Positions 1 to 10,446 of a stretch of DNA of 64,000 bases are shown in pieces (within the stretch, counting starts at the first letter, position 1; every line of letters begins with the position of its first letter). The DNA lies in NCBI GenBank assembly GCA_963743305.1, contig CAVUPH010000013.1, forward strand, positions 64,001 through 128,000, written 5' to 3'. Origin of the DNA: an uncultured delta proteobacterium (GTDB lineage Bacteria > Desulfobacterota > RBG-13-43-22). The notes below the pieces were generated by a model. It did no database searches. It had not been told where the DNA came from and saw nothing but the letters and a program-made list of their open reading frames with translations. The position numbers were made by a program, and so were the translations under genes.

Positions 1-415
1 GCTCGCCTCTGTGCTGATCCATTTGCGGTGGGGCTTCCAAAAACAAAGGGAATTCCTGGCCGGCCTGAAGGAATTGGCCCTGAGGCAGGGGGTCAAGCCC
101 GAAAAAATACTCAGCGCTCCGCCCCTAATAGAATGGCTGAAAGGCGGGGATTTAAGTCCCCAGCAGCAAGGGGAGGCCATTCGAAAGTTCCTTCACCAAG
201 CGCTTTTTCCGGTCTCCACGGAAACGGAAAAAGAATTCAACGAAAAACGGGCCCGGATGAAACTGGATCCCCGGACCCAATTGACGCCGCCGCCCTTTTT
301 TGAAGGTGGAACCTATCGGCTGGATGTGCGGTTTTCAGAGAATAAAGATTTGAAAGCGTCCCTGGATCGGATCCAACGCGCACTCGAATCCGGTTGTTTC
401 GAAGACCTGCCATGA
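1..415 (+). CDS. C-terminal part of a hypothetical protein (5' truncated by the window), possibly the ParB-like partner often found upstream of SplB-like genes
   Basis: Open frame runs from the window edge to TGA 413-415, which overlaps the ATG of the next gene (ATGA). Function is inferred only from context. Confidence 0.5.
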   Translation, partial: LASVLIHLRWGFQKQREFLAGLKELALRQGVKPEKILSAPPLIEWLKGGDLSPQQQGEAIRKFLHQALFPVSTETEKEFNEKRARMKLDPRTQLTPPPFFEGGTYRLDVRFSENKDLKASLDRIQRALESGCFEDLP

Positions 416-1524
416 GGGGGGTTGGAAACCGGATGTTCAAATTTGAAAAAATAATTATTCATCGGGAAGTAGCCGCGACCCCCTTAGCTCGAAATATTCG
501 ACAAGCTTTCAGCGGCTTGCCGCTGGAATGGGTGGATCGGGAGCCGGAGCCCGGGTCGACGAAGATTTCGCTGAGGCAATCGAAGCGAATTCTTTATCTG
601 ACGGCCTTCCGAGGGCAATTGGTCAAGCCCTGCCCCGGCACTAAGGAGTATATCTGTTGCGGTTATCAGATTCTCAACACCGCCACGAACTGTCCGATCG
701 ACTGCAGTTACTGCATCCTGCAGGCCTATTTTAACCAATCGTTCATCCGCCTCTTTGCCAACACGGATGAAATATTCGCCCGGCTGAAAGCCTACGTTTC
801 CGAACGGAAAGGAAGTCCGGTACGTCTGGGCACCGGTGAATTCACCGACAGTCTAGCCCTGGATCCGGTTACGCAGTTCTCCTCCCTGTTGGCCGAAGCG
901 GTCGCGGGCCATCCCAATTTAGTCGTAGAGTTGAAAACCAAATCCCGGGGCGTCGAAAATCTGCTGCGTATGCCGCTAGTCGAACCCTTCCTGCTCTCCT
1001 GGTCTTTAAACGCCGAAGGGATTATTCAAAAGGAAGAGCAGGGAGCCGCCAGCCTGGTCGAGCGATTGGCGGCGGCGGATGCCTGCCAGAAGAAAGGGTA
1101 TCGGTTGGGGTTCCACTTCGACCCCCTGATCTACTTTCCGGGTTGGGAGGAAGCCTACCAAAATACGGTCAGTCGACTATTTCAACGGATCCGACCCGAG
1201 AATATCGCCTGGATCAGCCTGGGTTGTTTTCGCTATCTGCCGGTTTTGAAACCCATTATCCAAGAAAGGTTTCCTCGGTCCCGTTTTATTCACCAGGAGT
1301 TTATCCCGGCCATAGATGGAAAAAGACGTTACCCCCAAACCCTGCGGGTGGAAATGTACCGGCGGCTGGTCGGATGGATCAGGGAGTACGCGCCGGAGGC
1401 CATGGTTTATTTGTGCATGGAGAGCCCCGTGGTCTGGAAAAAGGTCTTTGGTTTTATCCCCGGATCCGGCTATCCGACTTTGGCCGAGATGCTCGATTCA
1501 CGGGTGGGAATAAAAAGCCCTTGA
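412..1524 (+). CDS. Spore photoproduct lyase (SplB)-like radical SAM protein
   Basis: CxxxCxxC motif (NCPIDCSYC), plus GTGEFTDSL, ELKTKS and GFHFDP motifs typical of the SPL family. Start could be ATG 412 or 433. Confidence 0.85.
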   Translation: MRGVGNRMFKFEKIIIHREVAATPLARNIRQAFSGLPLEWVDREPEPGSTKISLRQSKRILYLTAFRGQLVKPCPGTKEYICCGYQILNTATNCPIDCSYCILQAYFNQSFIRLFANTDEIFARLKAYVSERKGSPVRLGTGEFTDSLALDPVTQFSSLLAEAVAGHPNLVVELKTKSRGVENLLRMPLVEPFLLSWSLNAEGIIQKEEQGAASLVERLAAADACQKKGYRLGFHFDPLIYFPGWEEAYQNTVSRLFQRIRPENIAWISLGCFRYLPVLKPIIQERFPRSRFIHQEFIPAIDGKRRYPQTLRVEMYRRLVGWIREYAPEAMVYLCMESPVVWKKVFGFIPGSGYPTLAEMLDSRVGIKSP

Positions 1525-1588
1525 CCGTGACGATCAAGGGCTTCTCGGGCGATCCCCGGGCAACCTGGGGTTAATGGAAAAATAGAAA

Positions 1589-2476
1589 CTACTTGCCCTT
1601 GCCGGTCAAGGCGGCCGGGTTCATCGTCACCTTGGCTTTTTTGAGGGCCTGTTCAACGAACTCAGTGACTTTGGCCTCCTGCTTTTCCCGGAGGACCTGT
1701 TGGGTCACTTTATCCTTAATGGTTTCGAAAGGCTCGGCCACCGCCTCTTTTTTTTCATCGACCTTGATCACGTGAAAACCGAATTCCGTTTCCACCAAGT
1801 CGCTTACTTCTCCGGGTTTTAGAGAAAAGGCCGCTTGTTCAAAGGCCGGTACCATGCTGCCTTTGGAAAAGAATCCCAATTCGCCGCCTTTGGATTTCGT
1901 GCCGGGATCATCGGAGAATTCGGCAGCCAGCTTGGTAAAATCCTCTCCGGCCTTGACCTTCTTCAGCACTTCCTCGGCTTTTTCTTTCAGCTTCTTCTTT
2001 TCTTCATCCGTAGCCCCTTTGGGAACCTGGATGAGGATATGGCGGGCTTTGACCTGTTCGGGCGATTTAAACAGGTCCGGGTTTTTGTCGTAGTAGGCCT
2101 TGGCATCTTTTTCGGTTACCTTGATTTTGTTGAGCACTTCTTTTTGCAGGTACTGAACAGCCAGAAAATTATTGGTGATCATCTCCAGTTGGCCTTTAAT
2201 CTCCGGTCGTTTGTCAAAACCTTTTTCCCGAGCCAAACCGGCGATGACCATTCCCTGGACCGTTTGCCAGAGGAGGGTGGGTTTGGCCTGAGGGTTTTTA
2301 TCAATCTGCGCTCGTTGCTCGGCATCATAGTAACTGAGGATCTTATTGAAATCGGCCACGGTAATGGTTTTGTTGCCGATCCGGGCGACTACGTTGGGGT
2401 CCTGGGCGAATGCCGGATAGGCCAGTCCGGCCAGCATTAAGGTAAAAATCCCCAAAATCTTGAGGTAGATCTTCAT
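1589..2476 (-). CDS. PpiC-type (parvulin) peptidyl-prolyl cis-trans isomerase, exported foldase
   Basis: Signal peptide; ARHILI, FSDDPGTKSKGGELG, FEQAAF and ETEFGFHVIK rotamase motifs; RBS AAGGAG. Confidence 0.92.
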   Translation of the reverse strand: MKIYLKILGIFTLMLAGLAYPAFAQDPNVVARIGNKTITVADFNKILSYYDAEQRAQIDKNPQAKPTLLWQTVQGMVIAGLAREKGFDKRPEIKGQLEMITNNFLAVQYLQKEVLNKIKVTEKDAKAYYDKNPDLFKSPEQVKARHILIQVPKGATDEEKKKLKEKAEEVLKKVKAGEDFTKLAAEFSDDPGTKSKGGELGFFSKGSMVPAFEQAAFSLKPGEVSDLVETEFGFHVIKVDEKKEAVAEPFETIKDKVTQQVLREKQEAKVTEFVEQALKKAKVTMNPAALTGKGK

Positions 2477-2569
2477 AAAAATTCTCCTTTTATTAAAAAT
2501 AGTTTTCGGACCTATAGCACAATTCCGATGCCCTGAATATAAAAAAAGCGCCCGGATCGATCTGTCGAT

Positions 2570-3268
2570 TCACAAACGCAGCGCCCGGCGATTCTTCTCG
2601 AAGCGCATCTGCAAAAGTTCCACCAGGAGGGCAAACCCCATAGGCAGATAAATATAGGCTTTGGGGACGTGCCGGTGCAAGCCTTCCATGAAGATCGTGA
2701 CCCCGATGGTGATCAGGAAGGAGAGGGCCAGGATTTTGAGGGCCGGATGACCCAGAATGAATTCCCCCACCGGTTGGGCATAAATCAGAATGGCCAGAAA
2801 AGAGAGAAGCACCGCCAGAATAATGACCCAAAGGTTATTGGTCAACCCTACGGCGGTTATGACCGAATCGATGGAAAAGACGATATCCAACAGAACGATC
2901 TGGGTTACGACAGAGGTAAACCCCCCCATCAGCGTTCCGGCGGCCACCTTCTGTTCCTCTTTAAGTTCGACCGTGTAATGAATTTCCCGGACAGCCTTGT
3001 AAATCAGAAATAATCCGCCGCCCAGCAGGATCAGGTCCCTGACGGATAAATCCAGTACCAGCGCCTCGGTCAGGTTGGCCAGGACCAGGACCAGCCAGAG
3101 CATCCCGATCCTGGCTGCCAGGGCCAAACTGAGTCCGATCAGTCGGGCTTTTCGGCGTAAGGTTTCCGGCAGGCGGCCGGCAAAAACAGCGATGACCAGC
3201 ACATTATCTACGCCCAGGACCAATTCCAATCCGACCAGTAGGGCCAGAAGCAGGATGGCGTCAGTCAT
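2570..3268 (-). CDS. TerC family integral membrane protein
   Basis: LELVLGVDNV and DIVFSIDSVITAVG motifs; multiple transmembrane helices. Confidence 0.92.
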   Translation of the reverse strand: MTDAILLLALLVGLELVLGVDNVLVIAVFAGRLPETLRRKARLIGLSLALAARIGMLWLVLVLANLTEALVLDLSVRDLILLGGGLFLIYKAVREIHYTVELKEEQKVAAGTLMGGFTSVVTQIVLLDIVFSIDSVITAVGLTNNLWVIILAVLLSFLAILIYAQPVGEFILGHPALKILALSFLITIGVTIFMEGLHRHVPKAYIYLPMGFALLVELLQMRFEKNRRALRL

Positions 3269-3297
3269 CGAGGATTACCTCCAAAACCAGAGCGCGA

Positions 3298-3534
3298 TTA
3301 CTCCGACTTTTCGGCTGTTTCCGATCGGGAAGCCTGGGTTTCCAAGTCGGAAATCGGTTCTTCTTGCCCGGAGGCGGCAGCTTCCGCCGTGGCTTCCAAG
3401 GGGGATTCCGGCTCCTCTTCCCCGGAGGGTTCCCCTTTGTTCAAGCGACGCTGGCGCTTGGCCTCCTGTTTTTTTTGGCGGTTCAGTTCCTTGTTCCTTT
3501 TGCCGCTCTTATAGAATCCGGCGCGAGTTGCCAT
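3298..3534 (-). CDS. Small hypothetical protein with basic N-terminus and acidic C-terminus
   Basis: AAGGAGG RBS before ATG 3534; KRNKELNRQKKQEAKRQRR basic stretch followed by a low-complexity tail. Confidence 0.65.
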   Translation of the reverse strand: MATRAGFYKSGKRNKELNRQKKQEAKRQRRLNKGEPSGEEEPESPLEATAEAAASGQEEPISDLETQASRSETAEKSE

Positions 3535-3696
3535 CGGAACCTCCTTCAATCATAAATTTAAAAATCAATGTGGAAATGAGGGTAACTAACGGTGGGATTG
3601 TCGGTGAAGCCGCCGTTCAGGTTCTAAGAGTCCACATCGTTTGGCTGCCTGTTCCCCAGGCCGCTTGGGTTTAGTCCCCTTGAATTCATTTCAAAT

Positions 3697-3730
3697 GGCG
3701 GGGAGTCACGCCTAAGCGTGACTCCCCGCC
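3697..3730. repeat. Perfect 15-bp stem hairpin in the leader of the small basic protein gene
   Basis: GGCGGGGAGTCACGC-CTAA-GCGTGACTCCCCGCC. Confidence 0.85.
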
Positions 3731-3784
3731 GAGCAGAAAGTCATTTTTGGACTTATTGCTCGATCATCTTATCTTAAATGAATG

Positions 3785-3813
3785 ATGATAAAAGAATATT
3801 GATGATTAAGCAA
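3785..3813 (-). promoter_or_regulatory. Putative sigma70 promoter
   Basis: TTGCTT-17 nt-TATCAT on the minus strand. Confidence 0.45.
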
Positions 3814-3859
3814 GGGGAAAGTAGAAAGGGAGTGGTGGACAGTGAAAAGAATTTCGAGG

Positions 3860-4369
3860 CTACCGTTCCAGGGCTACGACCAGGGCGGTGGTCAGCTTGA
3901 CGATATCCTCATCGCTCTTTCGCAACCTTTTGGACAACAACTGACTTAGTCGAAAAAGAATCTTCACGCCCATGACCGGGTTTTGATTGAACAATCGGAA
4001 GGAATTTTCCTTGCTCAATTCGAGCATCCGGCAATCGGTGGAAGCGGTGACGTTGGCCGAGCGCACGTCATCTTCAATCAGTGCCATCTCGCCCAGCGTC
4101 ACCCCGTCTTCCGATCTCAGGCGGTTCATGATTCGTTCCAGAATGTCCGTCTGATCAATGGGCAGGAGCAGGCGTTTGGTGACTTCCACTTCGCCTTCAA
4201 GTAAAATATACATCTTCTCCCCGGGTTCCCCCTCGGCCATGATCACCGATCCGGCCGGAAATTCCCGGGGGAGGGAAGCCCCCCAAACTTCCGCCAGTTC
4301 CTCGTCCTGCAGGTCCTGGAGAATATATATTATTTTCAGGGTGTTAAGATCAGGATCGGGCCCTTTCAT
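3860..4369 (-). CDS. Stand-alone cyclic nucleotide-binding domain protein
   Basis: IMAEGEPGEKMYILLEGEVEV and GEMALIEDDVRSANVTA cNMP motifs; no HTH; directly abuts the channel gene. Confidence 0.88.
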   Translation of the reverse strand: MKGPDPDLNTLKIIYILQDLQDEELAEVWGASLPREFPAGSVIMAEGEPGEKMYILLEGEVEVTKRLLLPIDQTDILERIMNRLRSEDGVTLGEMALIEDDVRSANVTASTDCRMLELSKENSFRLFNQNPVMGVKILFRLSQLLSKRLRKSDEDIVKLTTALVVALER

Positions 4370-5602
4370 TTAAAAGCCCCTTCCCGTTGGGTGAATCTGC
4401 GGTTGTTCGGCGATGACCACGGCCACTTCCTCCGGGGAAAGGATATGGTCGTCCGGGGGATTGATCCGAAAATTTACTTTGTGGATCCCGAAAAGGTGGG
4501 CCTTCCCGGCCTCATTGAATTTTCGAAAAATAAACTCGTCAATCGCCGAGTGCTCCCCGGACAATAAGTCCTCCAGTTTAAGCCGCTGGCCCTCCGTGAA
4601 TAATCCGATCAACAGGGCCTGATTTCGTTCTTTGATATGGGCGGCGAAGACCTTAAGTTCAGCGCCCTTAAAACGGGCGGGGATTTCCAGGGCATAGAAA
4701 TTGGGGCCTTCCGGGGAAAGAAGGGTCTGCAAAACCTTGAAGAGGCCGGCTGACTCGGTGGCACTGGCGATCAGGGCGCTGTCGTATTCTCCGCGAAGGA
4801 TGATGTCCTCCACATGGGCCCGCTCGAGATGCAGGCGGTTGTCCGGGTAAAGGATTTCGGCGCAGACTTCGATTTTCGGGTTCAGGGATTTCAAGGCCAG
4901 GGCGGCTTGCAGGGTACGCTGGTCCACCTGCTCCCGGGGAGGATTGTCCACCCGGTCGGCCAGGATAACGGCGCGCCGCGCCTGCCCCAGGTTGGCCTTC
5001 AAAAGGACTTCTTCCCGAGTGAAATCTCCCCGGATATACTGGAGAGGATGTCCCTCGAATTCAATCTTGAGGGCCTCGAATTGTTCCGGCGGCAGGTTGT
5101 TGATCAGGATGACGACGGTCCGCCGGTCTAACCGGGAAAACAGGTTTTTTAAAATCTGATTTCCCCGGTAATGCCAGCCTAAAATGATGATATGATCATG
5201 GGCCAAAACACTTTCCAAACCCCGTTCCCTCCTCATTTTTCGTTCAATAAAAACCGAGGCGATGGTCGCGGTGGTCAGGGAGAGGAGGATCACTCCGGAC
5301 AACATCAGCCCCACCCCCAGCAGTTTTCCCCCCAGGGTTCGGGGAACCACATCCCCATAGCCCACCGTAGTGATCGTTACCGCGGCCCACCAAAGGCCCT
5401 GCCCCACCCGGGCACCGAAGTCTCCGCCGGCGGTTTCATTGAGGGCGAACCCCAGGGCGCCCAGCAGGATCACGACCAGGACTCCTCCGATCAGGAAGAA
5501 AATCCTTTCCTGCTTCAAGGTTGTGAGAAATACCGTCAAGATCGAGCCCAGGTCGTCCCGGGCGTCTTTCCAGCGGAGGAGGACTCCTTTTCGGAGCGGC
5601 AC
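4370..5602 (-). CDS. Potassium channel protein (2TM pore + RCK/TrkA-N domain)
   Basis: TITTVGYGD selectivity filter; HIIILGW...GDFTREEVLLKANL RCK domain. Confidence 0.92.
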   Translation of the reverse strand: MPLRKGVLLRWKDARDDLGSILTVFLTTLKQERIFFLIGGVLVVILLGALGFALNETAGGDFGARVGQGLWWAAVTITTVGYGDVVPRTLGGKLLGVGLMLSGVILLSLTTATIASVFIERKMRRERGLESVLAHDHIIILGWHYRGNQILKNLFSRLDRRTVVILINNLPPEQFEALKIEFEGHPLQYIRGDFTREEVLLKANLGQARRAVILADRVDNPPREQVDQRTLQAALALKSLNPKIEVCAEILYPDNRLHLERAHVEDIILRGEYDSALIASATESAGLFKVLQTLLSPEGPNFYALEIPARFKGAELKVFAAHIKERNQALLIGLFTEGQRLKLEDLLSGEHSAIDEFIFRKFNEAGKAHLFGIHKVNFRINPPDDHILSPEEVAVVIAEQPQIHPTGRGF

Positions 5603-5616
5603 CCTAGATTCTTTCT

Positions 5617-6147
5617 TTACAGATTATCACGGACGGCCTTGATCAGCTTCTGGATTTCTTCGGCGTTCAGCTTGCCGTCTTTTCGGAAGACCAATTTCCC
5701 GGTCTTATCAAAGACCAGGATATCGCTGCTATCATCGGCTATCTTCCAACTGGTAACCAATACTTTTTTTAGATCCCGGACATAAATGGTTCTGGGGTAG
5801 CGCTTCTGCTTTTTTTCCAGAGCGGAATTTATGGCAAAATTGGGCATCCAGGTGGCGGCCATATTAATAATGCCCCAGGATTGATATTTGTCCAGGGGAA
5901 ATTTTTCCTTGTCCAGCGCCTCGCTGGCCGGGTTGTTGGTGTCTTTTTCATCCGGATCGACATAAAATAGGACCTGGACCTTGCCCTGCAATTCTTCACT
6001 GCTCCAGGGTTTCCCGTCCAGTCGTCCCCCCAGTTTTTCCTTTAGTTCCACCTTGGGGGGAATTTCGCCGATTTCAAGGGCTTGGGCGGTTTGGTTTATC
6101 AGAAAGACACTCAACACCAGAATCAACCATTTTGAGAAACGCTTCAT
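5617..6147 (-). CDS. ytfJ: YtfJ family exported protein
   Basis: AAGGAGG RBS and signal peptide; PWSSEELQGKVQVLFYVDPD and IINMAATW motifs. Confidence 0.75.
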   Translation of the reverse strand: MKRFSKWLILVLSVFLINQTAQALEIGEIPPKVELKEKLGGRLDGKPWSSEELQGKVQVLFYVDPDEKDTNNPASEALDKEKFPLDKYQSWGIINMAATWMPNFAINSALEKKQKRYPRTIYVRDLKKVLVTSWKIADDSSDILVFDKTGKLVFRKDGKLNAEEIQKLIKAVRDNL

Positions 6148-6377
6148 GCCGGACCTCCTTAATGTTAGATGGGCAATTATTCTTCCTGGACCTGTCGGAG
6201 GTATTATTAGCATAGAAGAGAAAAACTGAAAAGGTCGTTTTTGGAAGAGGGGAAGGGGGGCGAACTCCTCTGAAAACTGAATTTTAAGCAATTTCGATGA
6301 TTTTAGTTGATCAAAGGGCTATAATATGGGAAAATAATATGTTGTATTCGGTAGTGGGTCCGCAAAAAGTTCCTTTT

Positions 6378-6517
6378 TGTCATCCTGAACCCTTCGCCTG
6401 TCACCCTGAGTCCTTCGCCTGTCATCCGGGGCGAAGCGAAGGATCTCGAATTTCGGCTCAGAGTAAACCCCGCGAAGGGTCTCGGTGCATGGCTCAGGGT
6501 AAACTTCGCGAAGGTCC
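6378..6517. repeat. Nested REP-like palindromic repeat cluster
   Basis: Three consecutive TGTCAYCC.. left arms (21-nt units at 6378, 6399, 6420) and two GCTCAGRGTAAACYYCGCGAAGG right arms. Confidence 0.8.
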
Positions 6518-6550
6518 CGTAACGTTAGAGGGAAAGGAATTCTTAAAAAT

Positions 6551-8305
6551 ATGATGAACGACGAAGATCCTTTGGATAAAGAAGAATCGGCCGAACCTGG
6601 GCCATCGGAACACGCGGTTTCGGATCAGGTTCAGGCGGCGGCCCAGGAGAACCCCTTGATCGAGCCCGAGAACAGGCTGCCGGAGATTTCCCTGGAGGAC
6701 CTGTCCGAGCGATTGCAACAGGCGGTGGCCAAGGCCGGCTGGAGCAGCCTTTTGGCGGTCCAGGCTAAGGCCATTCCTTACCTGCAGGCCCGGCGGGACT
6801 TGATGATTCAGTCTCAAACCGGGAGCGGCAAGACCGGGGCTTATCTCTTGCCTATCCTGGACCGCATCGACCCGGGGAAGGCCGTCTGCCAGGCCCTGGT
6901 CCTGGTCCCTACCCGGGAGTTGGCCCATCAGGTGGCCAGAGAAGCCGAGATTCTGGGCAGCGCCATGGGAGTCCGGTCCATCGCCGTTTATGGCGGTGTG
7001 GGCTATGGGCCGCAACTGGAGGCCTTCCAGCAGGGGGTCCAACTGGTGGTCGGCACGCCGGGCCGGGTGCTGGATCATCTGCTCAAACGCTCCCTTTCGC
7101 TGAAACATCTGGAGGTCCTGGTCTTTGATGAGGCCGACCGCCTCCTGTCCATGGGTTTTTACCCGGACATGAAACAGGTCCAGGAATACCTCCCCTCTCA
7201 GCCCATCAACGGCTATATGCTGTCGGCCACTTTCCCGGGCTTTGTACTGCGCCTGGCCCACGAGTTTCTCCATCAGCCCGAGTACCTCAGCCTGAGTCGG
7301 GACCAGGTCCATGTGGCCGGGACCGACCATTTCTATTATGTAACCCCGGGCATGGAAAAGGACCGGGCCTTGATCCGGATCATCGAGATTGAAAACCCGG
7401 TTTCGGCCATTATTTTCTGCAACACGAAAAGCAGCGTGCATTACCTCACCGTGGTCCTGCAGCGTTTCGGCTACGATGCGGATGAGCTGAGTTCCGACCT
7501 GGCCCAAGGGGCGAGGGAAAAGGTTATGGCCCGGGTTCGGGAAGGGACGTTGCGCTTCATGGTGGCTACCGATGTAGCCGCCCGGGGCATCGATATCCAG
7601 GAATTGTCCCACGTCATTCAGTACGAGCCGCCGGAAGATCCGGAGATTTACATCCATCGAGTCGGGCGCACCGGACGGGCCGGGGCCAGCGGCGTGGCCT
7701 TGTCCCTGGTCACTCCCCTGGAAGAAATCAAGTTGAAACAAATCGCCCGGAAATTCGGCATTGAACTCCAGGAGCGCCCGCTACCCGCGGATGCCGATGT
7801 GGAGGCGATCGTTTCCCAACGGGTTACCGCCTTACTGGAGGCGGATCTCCGCTCGCGGGACAGCCTGAAGGCCGAGCGCATGAAGCGTTTTCTTCCGCTC
7901 GCTCAAAGTCTGGGGCAGGGAGAGGATGAACTGGCCCTCCTGGCCATGTTGTTGGATGAATATTACCAGAAAACCCTCCCGGCTAAGCCGCCTCAACCTC
8001 CACTGGTCAGGGCCTCCGGGTCCGGTCCCAGGCCCGGGAAGGAAGGGCGGGGCGAACGGCCGAGGAAACGGGACCGGGGGCGATCCCGGAAGGAAAATAG
8101 CCGTTTCCATCCGGAGACCTTCCAGTCTGGGACTCGATCCGGCTCAGGGCCATTTAAGTCAAACGACCTGGACGCCGGCTGGAGTTCGGCCCCGCTCTTA
8201 AGGCGGGGCCGGAATGACTTCCTTTGGGCTAATCCACTAGTTCCCAATTTCAGGCACGCCCGCTCTGGGCATGAGGATTTATTATGCAGACTCGTCAAGA
8301 TTTAA
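6551..8305 (+). CDS. DEAD-box ATP-dependent RNA helicase
   Basis: QTGSGKT, PTRELA, GTPGR, DEAD, SAT and HRVGRTGR motifs. The last ~65 codons run through a REP-like element and may not be real. Confidence 0.95.
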   Translation: MMNDEDPLDKEESAEPGPSEHAVSDQVQAAAQENPLIEPENRLPEISLEDLSERLQQAVAKAGWSSLLAVQAKAIPYLQARRDLMIQSQTGSGKTGAYLLPILDRIDPGKAVCQALVLVPTRELAHQVAREAEILGSAMGVRSIAVYGGVGYGPQLEAFQQGVQLVVGTPGRVLDHLLKRSLSLKHLEVLVFDEADRLLSMGFYPDMKQVQEYLPSQPINGYMLSATFPGFVLRLAHEFLHQPEYLSLSRDQVHVAGTDHFYYVTPGMEKDRALIRIIEIENPVSAIIFCNTKSSVHYLTVVLQRFGYDADELSSDLAQGAREKVMARVREGTLRFMVATDVAARGIDIQELSHVIQYEPPEDPEIYIHRVGRTGRAGASGVALSLVTPLEEIKLKQIARKFGIELQERPLPADADVEAIVSQRVTALLEADLRSRDSLKAERMKRFLPLAQSLGQGEDELALLAMLLDEYYQKTLPAKPPQPPLVRASGSGPRPGKEGRGERPRKRDRGRSRKENSRFHPETFQSGTRSGSGPFKSNDLDAGWSSAPLLRRGRNDFLWANPLVPNFRHARSGHEDLLCRLVKI

Positions 8306-10068
8306 GAAACTTAGCCATTATCGCCCATGTGGATCACGGCAAAACCACCCTGGTGGATGCCATGCTCTGGCAGAGCGGGGTATTTCAAGAACACCAGGCC
8401 GTGGTTGACCGGGTGATGGACAGCATGGACCTGGAACGGGAAAAAGGCATCACCATCATGGCCAAAAATACCGCCGTGGTCTATCAGGGGGTAAAGATTA
8501 ATATCGTGGATACCCCGGGTCATGCCGATTTCGGCGGGGAGGTGGAAAGGACGCTGAACATGGTGGAAGGCGTCATGCTCCTGGTCGATGCCACCGAGGG
8601 CCCCTTGCCGCAGACCCGCTTCGTTTTGGGCAAGGCGCTGGAACGGAGGCTCCCGCCGATCGTGGTGATCAACAAGATCGATCGAACGGATCGACGGATC
8701 AACGAAGTCCTCGATGAAATATATGACCTGTTTATTGATTTAGAGGCGACCGAAGAACAACTTGAATTTCCGGTGCTCTATACCAATGCCCGGGCCGGCA
8801 TCGCCTTGAATGATCCTGAGGGGCAGGAAAAGAACCTGAAAATACTTTTTGAAGCTATCTTGAAAACGATTCCGGCGCCGGCTTATGATCCCGAGGCCCC
8901 TTTGCAGTTCCTGGTCACCAACCTGGACTATAGCGACTACGTGGGTCGGATCGCCGTCGGCAAGGTGGTCAACGGCCGGCTGCAGAAAAGGCAGCAGGTT
9001 GCCCTGCTGAAAAATGGCGAGGTGGCGGGGCAGGCCCTGCTCAGCCAGATCTTCAGCTATGAAGGACTTAACCGGATCGAACAGGAAACCATTGAAGCCG
9101 GAGATATCGCCGCCGTGGCCGGGGTGGCCGAGGTCTTTATCGGCGACACCTTAGGCGATCTTCTTGATCCCCGGCCTCTGCCGACCATCACGGTGGAACA
9201 ACCCACCCTCTCCATGGTTTTCTCGGTCAACACCTCGGCGCTGGGAGGTCGGGAAGGCCACCTGTTAACCTCCCGCCACATCAAAGAGCGGTTGGATAAG
9301 GAATTGCTTTATAATGTCAGTATCGGGGTGGAGGCGGCGGAAAGTCGGGATTCTTACAAAGTCAGCGCCCGGGGAGAGTTGCAGTTGGCCGTCTTAGTGG
9401 AAATGATGCGCCGGGAGGGCTTTGAACTCTCCCTCTCCAAACCCGAGATCATCACGCGAAAAGTAAACGGTCAGTTAATGGAGCCCCTGGAGTTGGCCGT
9501 GGTAGATATCCCCGAGGAATACATCGGAGTGGTCAGCGAAAAGCTTAGCGCCCGCCGCGGGCGGATGACCAAAATGATCAACCACGGATCCGGCCGGGTC
9601 CGTCTGGAATTTGAGATCCCCTCCCGGGGGCTGATAGGATTGCGGAGCCAATTCCTAACGGACACCCGGGGCACCGGGCTCTTCAATACCCTGGTTACCG
9701 GGTTTACTCCTTATGCCGGGGCCATCCCGGCCCGGCCCAATGGGGTCCTCATCTCCGACCGCCCCGGCAAGGCCGTAGCCTATGCCATCTTTCATCTCCA
9801 GCCTCGGGGGACTATTTTCGTCAATCCCGGGGAACCGGTCTATGCCGGCCTGATCGTGGGGGAGAATTCACGAACCGAAGACATGTGGGTCAATATTACC
9901 AAAGAAAAAAAACAGACGAATATCCGGGCTGCCAATACGGACGAGGCCCTGCGCCTGGTTCCCCCGCGACGCTTTACCCTGGAACAAGCCATGGAGTACA
10001 TCAATGACGATGAACTGGTTGAGATTACCCCGCAATCCATCCGTCTCCGGAAGATAAGAAATAAGTAA
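8284..10068 (+). CDS. typA: Translational GTPase TypA/BipA
   Basis: [27 protein letters not shown] and NKID motifs; C-terminal [16 protein letters not shown]. Confidence 0.97.
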   Translation: MQTRQDLRNLAIIAHVDHGKTTLVDAMLWQSGVFQEHQAVVDRVMDSMDLEREKGITIMAKNTAVVYQGVKINIVDTPGHADFGGEVERTLNMVEGVMLLVDATEGPLPQTRFVLGKALERRLPPIVVINKIDRTDRRINEVLDEIYDLFIDLEATEEQLEFPVLYTNARAGIALNDPEGQEKNLKILFEAILKTIPAPAYDPEAPLQFLVTNLDYSDYVGRIAVGKVVNGRLQKRQQVALLKNGEVAGQALLSQIFSYEGLNRIEQETIEAGDIAAVAGVAEVFIGDTLGDLLDPRPLPTITVEQPTLSMVFSVNTSALGGREGHLLTSRHIKERLDKELLYNVSIGVEAAESRDSYKVSARGELQLAVLVEMMRREGFELSLSKPEIITRKVNGQLMEPLELAVVDIPEEYIGVVSEKLSARRGRMTKMINHGSGRVRLEFEIPSRGLIGLRSQFLTDTRGTGLFNTLVTGFTPYAGAIPARPNGVLISDRPGKAVAYAIFHLQPRGTIFVNPGEPVYAGLIVGENSRTEDMWVNITKEKKQTNIRAANTDEALRLVPPRRFTLEQAMEYINDDELVEITPQSIRLRKIRNK

Positions 10069-10230
10069 AGAAAATCCCAGAACTCCCGAAGAATACAGTA
10101 AACCCTCCAATCCCGGGGCGCGCACTCGCGAAGCCTAAAAATAACGGGAAGGGGAGGCTTGGGCCTCGCCGGCCGGGCGAGTGAAGTCGCCCCCGCCGGG
10201 AAAGAGTCTTTTCGGAGGAGGAGCTGGGAA

Positions 10231-10446
10231 ATGGCTGATAAAGTTTTGATTTTTCTTTCAGCGGCCTTTATTCTCTTGGTCGTTTGGGGTGGGGAGCCCC
10301 TGAGCTCCTTTGTCGATCCTTTTGTTCAAACACTTGACCGGATCAGCGCGCCGGCCCTCGTCCCGGAAGGGGCTTCGGTCAATAAGAGTCCCTATCCACC
10401 CCCGGTGTTTAATCGACGGGTTTTTCTGCCGCTGATTAATAAATAG
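10231..10446 (+). CDS. Small exported hypothetical protein ending in a VFLPLI motif
   Basis: GGAGGAG RBS, hydrophobic N-terminus, C-terminal RRVFLPLINK. Confidence 0.5.
   Translation: MADKVLIFLSAAFILLVVWGGEPLSSFVDPFVQTLDRISAPALVPEGASVNKSPYPPPVFNRRVFLPLINK

Noticed and set aside
6378-6447. 21-nt tandem units as a possible CRISPR array
   Set aside because: No unique spacers and no cas genes; the units are arms of a REP-like element.
6494-7741. Long antisense ORFs (also 29947-31248, 24995-26110, 21416-22375)
   Set aside because: Shadow frames of well-supported genes in GC-rich DNA, with no recognisable motifs.
8100-8305. C-terminal extension of the DEAD-box helicase as a novel domain
   Set aside because: It overlaps a REP-like palindrome (CTGGACGCCGG..CCGGAATGAC) and the typA RBS; likely readthrough from a lost or frameshifted stop.
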